This document shows positions 24,698 through 33,181 of a DNA stretch of 64,000 bases, one piece after another; within the stretch, counting starts at the first letter, position 1, and each line of letters begins with the position of its first letter. The translations under genes and the position numbers were made by a program. The stretch spans positions 224,001 through 288,000 of the forward strand of contig JBJOMY010000004.1 of assembly GCA_046052125.1 (NCBI GenBank), read 5' to 3'. Below the pieces are notes generated by a model. That model was not told where the DNA came from and searched no databases. It saw nothing but the letters and a program-made list of their open reading frames with translations. The stretch is from Cyanobacteriota bacterium (GTDB taxonomy: Bacteria > Cyanobacteriota > Cyanobacteriia > PCC-6307 > Cyanobiaceae).

Positions 24698-25920
24698 CGG
24701 GCCAGGGCGCCACAACAGCCATCGCGCCGATGGCGCTGGTGGACTGCCCCACCGGCCTGGCGGGCGACATGCTGCTGGCCGCCCTGTTCGATCTGGGTCT
24801 GCCTGAAGAGGCGGTGGATGGGCCACTGGCGGCACTGGGCCTAGGCCAGGCCTACCGCCTGCAGCGCGTTGAGGCCTTGAGCTGCGGCTTGCGTGGTGTG
24901 CGCTTGCGGGTTGAGCTCACCGAGCCATCGCCGCCGCATCGCCACTGGGGCGATCTGCGCACGCAGATTGCTGCTGCGCCGCTCGAGCCGGCTCTTCAGC
25001 AGCGGGTGCTCGAGGTGTTCACGCTGCTGGCCGAAGCTGAAGCGGCCGTGCATGGCTGCTCGCCGGAGGCGGTGCATTTCCATGAGGTGGGTGCGGTGGA
25101 TGCGTTGGTGGATGTGGTGGGTGTTTGCGCCGGGCTGCAGCACTTCGGCGTGACGCAGCTGGTCTGCACGCCACCTCCGCCTGGCCATGGCCGTGTCCGC
25201 ACCGCCCATGGACTGTTGCCGCTGCCGGCGCCTGCGGTGCTTGAGCTGGCCAGGTGCCGCGGGATTCCCTTGGCGAGCTCCGAAGGCTTTCCCGCCGCTG
25301 AGCTCACCACCCCGACGGGGTTAGCCCTGATGGCTGTTCTGGCCGATCGGTTTGCCCAGGCCCCAGCGCTGCAGCCCAGAGCCGTTGGTGTTGGCCTGGG
25401 GACCAGAGAGCTGGATCGCCCCAACCTGTTGCGGCTCGTGCTGGCGAATCCACTCCAGGACGCAACGGGAGAGCTCGAGGAAACACTGCTCCAGCAGCAG
25501 GCCCAGGTGGACGACGCCACGGGTGAGGATCTCGCCCTCTTGATGGAGGCGTTGCGCGGGGCCGGGGCACTGGAGGTGTTTGCGCAACCGGTGCTCATGA
25601 AAAAAGGGCGTCCGGCGCAGCTGATCACGGTGCTGGCCAGGCCGGAACAAGGCCCGGCGCTGCGGGCGATCTGGTGGAGGCAGGGCAGCAGCATCGGCGT
25701 GCGCGAGCAACTGCAGCGGCGCCGCTCGCTGCCCAGGCAGTCGCTGGAACTCGATACGCCCTGGGGGACGGTGCGGGCCAAGCGCTCCCAGCGCCCCGAT
25801 GGCAGCTGGTTGTGCAAGCCAGAAGCCGACGACCTGGCGCGCCTGGCGGAGCGCCATCAGCTGCCCGTCGACAGACTGCGGCGCGCTGTGTTGGCTCTAT
25901 TTGAGGATCCGTTGCCATGA
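24694..25920 (+). CDS. larC: LarC-family nickel insertion protein
   Basis: DCPTGLAGDMLL, FHEVGAVDALVD, AHGLLPLPAPA, ELTTPTG, QVDD, MKKGRP, KPEADD. Confidence 0.92.
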   Translation: MTGQGATTAIAPMALVDCPTGLAGDMLLAALFDLGLPEEAVDGPLAALGLGQAYRLQRVEALSCGLRGVRLRVELTEPSPPHRHWGDLRTQIAAAPLEPALQQRVLEVFTLLAEAEAAVHGCSPEAVHFHEVGAVDALVDVVGVCAGLQHFGVTQLVCTPPPPGHGRVRTAHGLLPLPAPAVLELARCRGIPLASSEGFPAAELTTPTGLALMAVLADRFAQAPALQPRAVGVGLGTRELDRPNLLRLVLANPLQDATGELEETLLQQQAQVDDATGEDLALLMEALRGAGALEVFAQPVLMKKGRPAQLITVLARPEQGPALRAIWWRQGSSIGVREQLQRRRSLPRQSLELDTPWGTVRAKRSQRPDGSWLCKPEADDLARLAERHQLPVDRLRRAVLALFEDPLP

Positions 25921-26885
25921 AATGGCCATCCCTGCCGCCACTGCCCGGTGGCGCCCGCCTGTGGGTCACGATGGCCAGCGGCGGTTTCCTCCTGGCAGCC
26001 CTGCTTGGCCATGGCCGCCAGCTGCTGCAGCTGAGCCTGGATGCGCAGGGTTGGTGCTGGCTGCTGCTGGGGGTGGGCCTCAGCCTGTTGAGCCTGGTGG
26101 CCAACGCCATGGCCTGGGGGATGTGCCTGCGCTGGTTGGGCCAGCGGCCGCGATGGCTGCCGGTGATCGCGCTCTACCTCAGCTCCAACCTGCGCAAATA
26201 CCTGCCTGGGGGCGTGTGGCATCTGTTGGCCCGGTTGCAGGCCCTCAAGGCGGAGTCTGAGCCCGAATCACCTGTGCTGGAGCAGCCCCTCTGCACCCCC
26301 CAGGCGCTGGTGGCGGTGTTGCTCGATCCGTTGCTGGCCGCCGTGGCGGCCCTGGCGCTGGTCTGGTTGGGTGGCTGGCAAACGGGCCTGGGGCTGGTGT
26401 GCTTGTTGCCCTTGCTGCTGCTCATCCCGCGCTGGCTCAATCCGTTGATGCAGCGTCTGGAGCAGCGACGGGCCCGCCAGTTGGTGGATCGAGGCCTACT
26501 TGAGGGCGCAACGGATGCTTTACCCAATGCGTTGCCCAGCTATCCATGGCAGCCGCTGCTGGCGGAGCTGGGCTTCGTGCTGCTGCGGTTCTCAGGCTTC
26601 GCCTGCTGCGTGCAGGCGTTTGATCTTTCCTTCGCCCTGGGCTGGGGCGGTTGGCTAGCCGGTTTTGCCCTGGCGTGGACGGCAGGGTTGGTGGTTCCAG
26701 GGGCGCCGGGTGGATTGGGTGTGTTTGAAGCGGTGCTGCTGCTGCGCCTGGCGGCTGTGGTTCCAGAAGCGCCACTGCTGGCGGTGGTGATCAGCTACCG
26801 GTTGGTGAGCGCCCTGGCGGATCTGATCGGTGCCCTCACGGCCCGCGCCGATCTGGCGGCTCTTCGCAACAGGCGTTACTGTTGA
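25917..26885 (+). CDS. Lysylphosphatidylglycerol synthase TM-domain / flippase-like protein (UPF0104)
   Basis: SNLRKYLPGGVWH, VPGAPGGLGVFEA, YRLVS. Confidence 0.85.
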   Translation: MKWPSLPPLPGGARLWVTMASGGFLLAALLGHGRQLLQLSLDAQGWCWLLLGVGLSLLSLVANAMAWGMCLRWLGQRPRWLPVIALYLSSNLRKYLPGGVWHLLARLQALKAESEPESPVLEQPLCTPQALVAVLLDPLLAAVAALALVWLGGWQTGLGLVCLLPLLLLIPRWLNPLMQRLEQRRARQLVDRGLLEGATDALPNALPSYPWQPLLAELGFVLLRFSGFACCVQAFDLSFALGWGGWLAGFALAWTAGLVVPGAPGGLGVFEAVLLLRLAAVVPEAPLLAVVISYRLVSALADLIGALTARADLAALRNRRYC

Positions 26886-26907
26886 GAACAGCGCCCTCTG
26901 CTCGCTG

Positions 26908-27390
26908 ATGCCTGCCGTACCGGCGCCTGATCTGCCAGCTGAGGCACTGCGCAGCAGCCTCCATGGCCGCGGTCAACGGCTCACGCCCCAGCGTCAGCGG
27001 GTGTTGGCCTTGTTTGAGCGGCTAGGGGAGGGGATGCACCTCAGTGCCGAGGAAGTGCATCAGCGGCTGCTGCGCGCCGAGGAGCGGGTGTCGCTGGCGA
27101 CGGTGTATCGCACCCTGAGGCTGCTCAGCTCCATGGAGCTGCTGCGGGAGCTTGAGCTTCCGGAGGGAGGCCGCCGTTTTGAGCTAGCCAGCGACGACGA
27201 CCATCGCGATCACCACCATTTGGTGTGTGTGCGCTGTGGCCAAACGGAAGAATTTGAAAGCGAAGCCGTGCTCTCAGCTGGCGAACAAGCCGCTGGTGTG
27301 CATGGTTTTCGACTGTTGGAGTGTGTGTTGAACGTGAGGGCCTTGTGCCCCCGCTGCGCTCAGGCTGAATCAGCCCCGCTGCCGAGTTGA
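26908..27390 (+). CDS. fur: Fur-family transcriptional regulator
   Basis: RLTPQR, HLSAEE, SLATVYRTL, HHHLVCVRC, CPRC. Confidence 0.85.
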   Translation: MPAVPAPDLPAEALRSSLHGRGQRLTPQRQRVLALFERLGEGMHLSAEEVHQRLLRAEERVSLATVYRTLRLLSSMELLRELELPEGGRRFELASDDDHRDHHHLVCVRCGQTEEFESEAVLSAGEQAAGVHGFRLLECVLNVRALCPRCAQAESAPLPS

Positions 27391-27516
27391 ACGCACAGGG
27401 ATCAGGGCCGGCTGCATCAGACCGCCGCCACCGTTGTCGTCGTCTGAATCAGCGGCCAGCCAGGCAATCACTCCCACCAGCGTCAGAACGGCGGTGAGAA
27501 GCAGGAGATCGGCCAA
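27370..27516 (-). CDS. 48-aa single-TM peptide with DDD-GGG-xxP tail (not in ORF track)
   Basis: TTG start gives MADLLLLTAVLTLVGVIAWLAADSDDDNGGGGLMQPALIPVRSTRQRG; GC-rich third codon positions. Confidence 0.7.
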   Translation of the reverse strand: MADLLLLTAVLTLVGVIAWLAADSDDDNGGGGLMQPALIPVRSTRQRG

Positions 27517-27580
27517 GGCGCTGACGCGATTGGGGGAACCCTAGCCGGATCTCTCGATTGTGGTGTTGCAACCGCTGCCG

Positions 27581-28156
27581 TTAGAGCGGGGCCAGGGCCA
27601 GAGCACCACCCAGTAGGGCAAGCGCCAGGGCGGCCAGCTGGCTTTGGCGTTGGTTGAACTGGCGGCCGGCCGCGTAGCTGATAGCAATCGTGATGGCTGA
27701 TGCCAACAGGGCTCCCAGCCACCAACCAGCGGTGCCACTGGCTTCCTGGCCGTGGAGCATGGCGTGAATGGCGACAGCCGCGCTGATCACCCCTCCGAGG
27801 AGTGGCAGAGGGCGCACCAGCTTGTTGCTCAGCAGCATCGCCATCCCTACGGCGCTCACAGCCAGAGCGGCCAGCAGCTCAGCGCCGGGGAGTTGGCCGC
27901 CAATGCTGCCGAACAAGCTGCCCAGGGCAGCTCCGCCGATGGCGAATCCCAGCAGCAACGGGCCGAATTGTGCGGCCGTCAGGCCCACGCCCACCAGCAG
28001 CACGAGATGGTCGATGCCCAACAGCGTGTGCAGTGCACCACCGATCAGGCCTGCATCAGCGCCGCCATGGGCGTTGGCCGGCAGGGCTGAGAGCAGGCTC
28101 AAGCCGAAGCCAGCGGCGCTGCTCAGCAGCAGGGAACGGGAGAGGTTGGAGGTCAT
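27581..28156 (-). CDS. hupE: HupE/UreJ-family Co/Ni transporter
   Basis: Signal peptide-AH, GALHTLLGIDHLV, IHAMLHGQE; preceded by cobalamin riboswitch. Confidence 0.9.
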   Translation of the reverse strand: MTSNLSRSLLLSSAAGFGLSLLSALPANAHGGADAGLIGGALHTLLGIDHLVLLVGVGLTAAQFGPLLLGFAIGGAALGSLFGSIGGQLPGAELLAALAVSAVGMAMLLSNKLVRPLPLLGGVISAAVAIHAMLHGQEASGTAGWWLGALLASAITIAISYAAGRQFNQRQSQLAALALALLGGALALAPL

Positions 28157-28199
28157 GGGCAGTGCCGGTCCGCGCCGGTGCTGATGGGGGTGGTGGTGG

Positions 28200-28350
28200 G
28201 AAGAGGCGGCGAGCGTTCTGACTAAGGGGTCAGGCTCAAGGACAGACCCCATCACAGCTGCGGGACAGTGCCGGACTGGCAGCCAAAGCTGCGCACCGGA
28301 CTTTCCTCGTTGCCTTCCCGAGCTGAATCCGGGAAACCGCTCTCTGCAGT
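28200..28350 (-). ncRNA. Cobalamin riboswitch (short form)
   Basis: Minus strand: GGT-P2-AACGAGGAAAGTCCGGTG...TCCGGCACTGTCCCGCAGCTGTGA-short stem-AGTCAGAACGCTCGCC (B12 box). Confidence 0.9.
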
Positions 28351-28356
28351 ATCGCT

Positions 28357-29544
28357 TCAGGCGAAGCCTTTGCCTGCATCCTTGGCCACGCAGGCCTGCA
28401 ACTGCTTGCGCAGCAGCGCATGGTCGAGGTTTTTGCCGATCAGCACCAGCTGGTTCTTGCGATCTGATGCCGAGCTCCACTCGCTGTCGTCGATGGAGAA
28501 GCGTTTGCCGGCTAGATGGAACACGTGGCGCTTGGCGCTTTCGTTGAACCAGAGAATGCCCTTGGCGCGGAACACGCCGGCTGGAAGCTGGTTGTCAAGG
28601 AAGTTCTGGAACTTGCGCAGGGCGAAAGGACCTTCGCTGCTGAACGACAACGATGTGAACCCTTCGATTGCCAAGTGATCGGGGTGGCTGTGATCGTGGG
28701 AATGGCCATGGCTATGGGAGTGGTCATGGGAGTGGCCGTGCCCGTGATCGTGCTCACAGTGCCCGTGGTCGTGATCGCAGTTGCTGTGATCGTGCTGCTC
28801 GTGGCCGTGTGAATGGCCATGGTCGTGATCGTGCTCATGCACGCAGTGGCCGTGATCGTGGTCGCAGTCGTCGTGGTTCTGCTCTGCAGCCACCTTGTCG
28901 CTTTCGAACAGCCCCACACTGAGCAGCAGCGGCAGGCTCACATCCCCTTTCACCGAACGCAGGATGCGGGCGTCAGCCTTGATCTCCCGCAGGCGGTGTT
29001 CCACATCCGCCAGGCGTTCTTCCTCCACCAAATCGCATTTGTTCAGCAACAGGATGTCGCCGTACACCACCTGGGCCCGGGCGACCTCGCCATCAAGAAT
29101 CTCGTCGCTGAAGTTCTCAGCATCAATTAGGGTGATGATCGAATCCAGTCGCGTGTCATCACGTAAATCACTGCCGAGAAAGGTCATCGCCACCGGCAGT
29201 GGATCCGCCAGACCTGTGGTTTCAACCACCAGGTAATCCACCGGATCGGGCCGATCGAGAATGCGATAGACGGCTTCCAGCAGTTCACCGTTGATCGAGC
29301 AACAGATGCAACCGTTGCTGAGTTCCACCATGTCTTCGCCGGTGGCGATGATCAGGTCGTTGTCGATGCCGATCTCGCCGAATTCATTCACCAGCACCGC
29401 CGTCTTCACGCCCTGCTGATTGGAGAGGATGTGATTGAGGAGTGTGGTTTTCCCGGCCCCTAGAAAGCCGGTGAGAATGGTCACCGGCAGCGGAGCGGAG
29501 CTGTCGACGGGGTCGATCACAGGGGCTGTCACGCTGGCGGTCAC
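28357..29544 (-). CDS. COG0523/CobW-family G3E GTPase metallochaperone with His-rich insert
   Basis: TGFLGAGKTT, VNEFG, NGCICC, ETTGLADP, LNKCD, FRAKG, LVLIG. Confidence 0.95.
   Translation of the reverse strand: MTASVTAPVIDPVDSSAPLPVTILTGFLGAGKTTLLNHILSNQQGVKTAVLVNEFGEIGIDNDLIIATGEDMVELSNGCICCSINGELLEAVYRILDRPDPVDYLVVETTGLADPLPVAMTFLGSDLRDDTRLDSIITLIDAENFSDEILDGEVARAQVVYGDILLLNKCDLVEEERLADVEHRLREIKADARILRSVKGDVSLPLLLSVGLFESDKVAAEQNHDDCDHDHGHCVHEHDHDHGHSHGHEQHDHSNCDHDHGHCEHDHGHGHSHDHSHSHGHSHDHSHPDHLAIEGFTSLSFSSEGPFALRKFQNFLDNQLPAGVFRAKGILWFNESAKRHVFHLAGKRFSIDDSEWSSASDRKNQLVLIGKNLDHALLRKQLQACVAKDAGKGFA
28675..28877 (-). repeat. Low-complexity HX repeat region with duplicated CDHDHGHC unit
   Basis: About 29 His in about 67 codons; CDHDHGHC occurs twice. 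Confidence 0.9.
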
Positions 29545-29594
29545 GTGGGGCAGGTTCGACGGCTGCGGTCAGTCTGATCCCTGAGGCGACTGGC

Positions 29595-30004
29595 CTGGTG
29601 GGGTCCAGCTCACCCAACTTGGCCTCCAGGTCATCCACGCGTCCTTTGAGCAAGGCGAGTTTCTGTTCGAACTCTCCCATCAGGCCCTTGAGCTCCTCGC
29701 TCACTTCAGTGATCCGATCCAGACAAGCGTTCAGCAGGGCGGCCGCTTCGTAGCGGGTCATCACCCGTCCACTGCGCGTGGTGTCGTTGGCATAGCTGGC
29801 TGGCGAAGCAGCCCTAGCGTTCGAGCAGGTTGCCCAGGGCCTGGTCAGCCCAATCGGTGGGCCTGAGGTCTGAAAACTCAGCGATGGACGTCACTTGATT
29901 CGCACTGCGCCATGCGAGAGGAGCGACATGGGGCCATGAGCTGGCACGGACTGCGACTTGAGCGGCCAGACAGAGGGCGACGGGTGCCCGAAGAGGCCTT
30001 TCAT
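29595..30004 (-). pseudogene. Decayed Som/OprB-type (SLH-domain) porin, N-terminal fragment only
   Basis: QVTSIAEFSDLRPTDWADQALGNLLER*GC then frameshift to MTRYEAAALLNACLDRITEV...KGRVDDLEAKLGEL; stop at 29814-29816, 4-nt duplication near 29796-29804, no beta-barrel follows. Confidence 0.88.
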
Positions 30005-30062
30005 GGTCAGCGGGTCGCAGAAAGGGGTGACGGACGCATGTCACATCCACGTCGCGGCTGAG

Positions 30063-30077
30063 TGATAACCATTCTCG
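30063..30077. promoter_or_regulatory. Putative Zur/Fur box between porin relic and dps
   Basis: TGATAACCATTCTCG, an imperfect 7-1-7 palindrome like TGATAATnATTATCA. Confidence 0.6.
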
Positions 30078-30144
30078 TGTTGACTTGGCTGTCGTTTTTC
30101 GTTGGGCTTCCTAGCGTTCCTCTGAACGATCGGTGCACGTCGTC

Positions 30145-30627
30145 ATGCCTGCTGCTTCCGCCATCGACATCGGAATCCCCGACCAGCAACGCGCCCAGAT
30201 CGCGGAAGGCCTGGGGCGTGTGCTGGCTGACAGCACGGTGTTGTACGCCAAAACCCATGGATTTCACTGGAATGTGACCGGGCCGATGTTCAACACGCTC
30301 CATCTGATGTTCATGGGGCAGTACACCGAGCTGTGGACCGCCCTGGATGAGATCGCAGAGCGCATCCGTGCGCTGGGGTATCAGGCTCCCTTTGGCGGCT
30401 CGATCTATCGGACGTTGTCGTCCATTCCGGAAAGCGAGGGGGTTCCCGCCGCCATGGACATGGTGCGCGAGCTGGTCGCTGGTCACGAGGCTGTAGCCCG
30501 CACCATCCGCTCGGTGTTTGCTGTTGCGGATGAGGCCAACGATCAGCCCACGGCTGATCTGCTCACCCAGCGACTCCAGATTCACGAGAAAACCGCCTGG
30601 ATGCTGCGCAGCCTGTTGGAAGGCTGA
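30145..30627 (+). CDS. dps: Dps family mini-ferritin
   Basis: [35 protein letters not shown]. Confidence 0.96.
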   Translation: MPAASAIDIGIPDQQRAQIAEGLGRVLADSTVLYAKTHGFHWNVTGPMFNTLHLMFMGQYTELWTALDEIAERIRALGYQAPFGGSIYRTLSSIPESEGVPAAMDMVRELVAGHEAVARTIRSVFAVADEANDQPTADLLTQRLQIHEKTAWMLRSLLEG

Positions 30628-30632
30628 TGCGA

Positions 30633-31571
30633 TCAGCGGATCTGGCTCCAGTCGCGGATGAGGGCGGCCTGCCCGGTTCGATCGCAGCGCCCCCCCAGGG
30701 CCTCGACGATCAGGCAGGTGTTGGCGGTGAGGGTGCTCATCAGGTTCGCGCCTCCGCTATCGGCCCGTAGGGCTTGAGGTGCGATCGGTACGCCGCTGAG
30801 GCTGCTGATTCGCGCCAGGCTTTTGGGGGCTGGTGTCTGCTCGGTGAACAGGCTGCGTGCGCCCTTTGCTTGAAGATTGCTCACTGTTTGGGCTAAGGCT
30901 TGGGGCCTGAGTGCATCGCTGCTGCTCATCGCGTCAATCACCGGCAGTTCCTGGAGCCCGTAGGCGCGGGCGAGGCTGGCGAAGGCCCGGTGGCCGCTGG
31001 CCAGGATGCGCGGTTGCTTGAGGCTGGTGAATTGCCTGAGATTCCACTGATGCAGGCTGAGCAAGCTGGCTTGCATCGCCTTGGCGCGGGATTGGATCTG
31101 AGCCGCTTCCTCTGGCGTCAGGCGTTGCAGTCGCTCGCTCACCAGGGCTGTCATGGCGGCAGCCTGGCGAGGGTCGTGCCACACATGCGGATCCCGATCT
31201 CCGTGGGTGTGCCCGTGAGCTTCGTGGTCGGCTGAAAGGTCAGGGCTGTTTGGAACAGCACTTTCGGCCACCTTCAGCGCTCCCGGCAGCCGCTGCAGTG
31301 CTGGGGTGAGCTCATAACCATTGATGAGCACCAGCTTGGCTTGGCGCAGGTGGCGCGTTTGTGCCGGTGTGAGCTGCAATTGGTGCGGGTCGTCTTGCGG
31401 GCCCAGAAGGCAGGCCACGCGCAGGCTGGTGGCGGCGAGGCGCTGCGTGAGATCGCAAAGGGCTCCATCCGCTGCAATCACATCGACCTGGGGCTCAGAG
31501 CGGCAGGCCTGACTGGCCAGTAGGGCCATCAGCGCGATCGAACCAGTAACGAACCGGCGCACGCTCAGCAA
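30633..31571 (-). CDS. znuA: Zn/Mn ABC transporter substrate-binding lipoprotein
   Basis: Lipobox-like QAC, DPH, short His loop HEAHGHTH, DPHVW, GHRAF. Confidence 0.85.
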   Translation of the reverse strand: MLSVRRFVTGSIALMALLASQACRSEPQVDVIAADGALCDLTQRLAATSLRVACLLGPQDDPHQLQLTPAQTRHLRQAKLVLINGYELTPALQRLPGALKVAESAVPNSPDLSADHEAHGHTHGDRDPHVWHDPRQAAAMTALVSERLQRLTPEEAAQIQSRAKAMQASLLSLHQWNLRQFTSLKQPRILASGHRAFASLARAYGLQELPVIDAMSSSDALRPQALAQTVSNLQAKGARSLFTEQTPAPKSLARISSLSGVPIAPQALRADSGGANLMSTLTANTCLIVEALGGRCDRTGQAALIRDWSQIR

Positions 31572-31582
31572 GGCTTGGGTTG

Positions 31583-33109
31583 TTAACGATAACCGTTCTT
31601 AAGGTGGTGTCTGGGATGGGGCGCGGTGAAGTAGAGCGTGGTCTTGAGTAGGGCGCCGAGCTGGCGAAAGGTCTCGCCGGCGGGGGTGTCGGCGCCTAGT
31701 GGTCGGTTGAGCAGAAACATCGCCGGAGTGATCGCCAGGTTGTCGCTCAGTTGGATCTTGTACCACCACTCCCACACGGTGTTGCCATCGCGAGGCTGGC
31801 TGCCGCCGTAGAGCGCTGTGGCGAAGATCGGTTGCCCTACCGCCATGCCGAGCGTGTTGCCAATGCTCAGCACATCGCTCCACTGCAGGCCGATGCTCCA
31901 TGACTGGCTCTCGGCCACCAATCCCTGTGTGTTCACAACAGAGTCGTAGTTGGTTCGGTTGAATCCCCAGCCCGCACTGATCGAGGGCAGCCAGCCGGAT
32001 TGCAGCGGCTGCCAGTACGCGCTGAGCCCCAAGGCGGTGGTGAGCCCCGGGTTGTTGAAGCTATTGAGCGTGAAGTTGGTGGCGTAATCAATCACTCCGC
32101 CCAGGTTCTGCACCGCGCTCACCACCGCGGCTGCTCCCCATTGAGCTGTTTTGAAGCCCAACTGCACGCTGCCGGTGCTGGCGGAAGCGGCGTTGCCGAT
32201 GCCCCCCTCCCCCGGATCGCCTTCGGCGCCATGGCCAGCCACGTAGTTGGCGCTGATGCTGAAGCCCCGGCTGGATTGCCACCACAGCCCTGCTCCTGCG
32301 CCCAATTGGTAGTTGTAGGCAGCGGGTGCGCCTTTGAGCGTGAACCAATCGAGGATGGTTTCTTCCGGATAAACGCTCGGGCGCAAGGCAAACAGATCCA
32401 GTTGGCCGACGCGCGGCCCAAGGCTTGCGGTGAATCCTTTGCCGAGGGGAAACTGGTAATAGAGGCGGTTGATCGCTACACGATCAGGGCCTGATTGTTC
32501 CTGGAACGCTGTTTCGAGTGTGGAGAGTTTGCTCGGGCCAGCTCCGTGGAATGTGTTGTTGGTGGTGTTGAAGTTGCCGCCTCGCAGGCGTGCACGCAGG
32601 AGGTCTTGGCCCGTGAAGCTGGTGTCAAGGATGAGCTTCAGGTCGTAGTTGAACAGCGTGGCTCCGTAATCACTCCGGCTGCGTTGAACTTCGCTGGTGT
32701 CAGTGCCTTCAAAGCGGTTGCTGCCCACCACGAAGCTGGCCAACCCCCTCAGCTTCGTGGTGGCGGAGAAGCGGGTGGCTTCCAGCTCATCAAGGGTGCT
32801 TTTGAGACGGTTCAGCTCCGGGCGCAGGTGCTCCATCAGAGCGGTGAGTCCCGGATCCTTGTTCCCGCTCTGCTGCACACAGCTGTTGAGTAGCTCCGCA
32901 GCGCTGAAGCGGCTGATCGCTTCCCCGCCGTTTAGCACTGGTTCCGTGGCGGTTGTGGCACAGCCATGCCGGAGCCGTAAGGAGTTCAGGGTCTGGTAGG
33001 CCCAGTCGTCCGGTTGAAGCTGAGACGCGCCCACCGTTCCCTGGGCCTGGGCCGCAGCGAGCCACAGCCAGGTGGCGCTTCCGGCAAGTGCGGCGGTCCG
33101 GCGGCGCAT
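31583..33109 (-). CDS. Cyanobacterial Som/OprB-type porin with SLH-like N-terminus
   Basis: PDDWAYQ, EATRFSATTKLRG, TSFTGQDLLRARL, RLYYQFP, WLPSISAGWG, WEWWY, ITPA. Confidence 0.9.
   Translation of the reverse strand: MRRRTAALAGSATWLWLAAAQAQGTVGASQLQPDDWAYQTLNSLRLRHGCATTATEPVLNGGEAISRFSAAELLNSCVQQSGNKDPGLTALMEHLRPELNRLKSTLDELEATRFSATTKLRGLASFVVGSNRFEGTDTSEVQRSRSDYGATLFNYDLKLILDTSFTGQDLLRARLRGGNFNTTNNTFHGAGPSKLSTLETAFQEQSGPDRVAINRLYYQFPLGKGFTASLGPRVGQLDLFALRPSVYPEETILDWFTLKGAPAAYNYQLGAGAGLWWQSSRGFSISANYVAGHGAEGDPGEGGIGNAASASTGSVQLGFKTAQWGAAAVVSAVQNLGGVIDYATNFTLNSFNNPGLTTALGLSAYWQPLQSGWLPSISAGWGFNRTNYDSVVNTQGLVAESQSWSIGLQWSDVLSIGNTLGMAVGQPIFATALYGGSQPRDGNTVWEWWYKIQLSDNLAITPAMFLLNRPLGADTPAGETFRQLGALLKTTLYFTAPHPRHHLKNGYR
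31587..31601. promoter_or_regulatory. Putative Zur box upstream of znuA
   Basis: CGATAACCGTTCTTA, 11/15 identical to the 30063 site, 15 nt before znuA start. Confidence 0.55.
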
Positions 33110-33181
33110 TGGCGGAGCACTTGCAGTCGGCTGATTCAAGCGCGCAGCCTCATTAACGTGATTGCAGTGAGATGCGCAGCG

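Noticed and set aside
28157..28480. N-terminal extension of the hupE ORF
   Set aside because: It runs through the riboswitch and the COG0523 3' end; the signal peptide starts at ATG 28156
28675..28877. GTGATC/GTGGCC short repeats as a possible CRISPR or other DNA repeat array
   Set aside because: They encode the His tract in frame; there is no constant repeat with unique spacers and no cas gene
29814..29816. Programmed TAG readthrough (e.g. pyrrolysine) in the porin fragment
   Set aside because: Neighbouring frameshifts and loss of the barrel indicate simple decay
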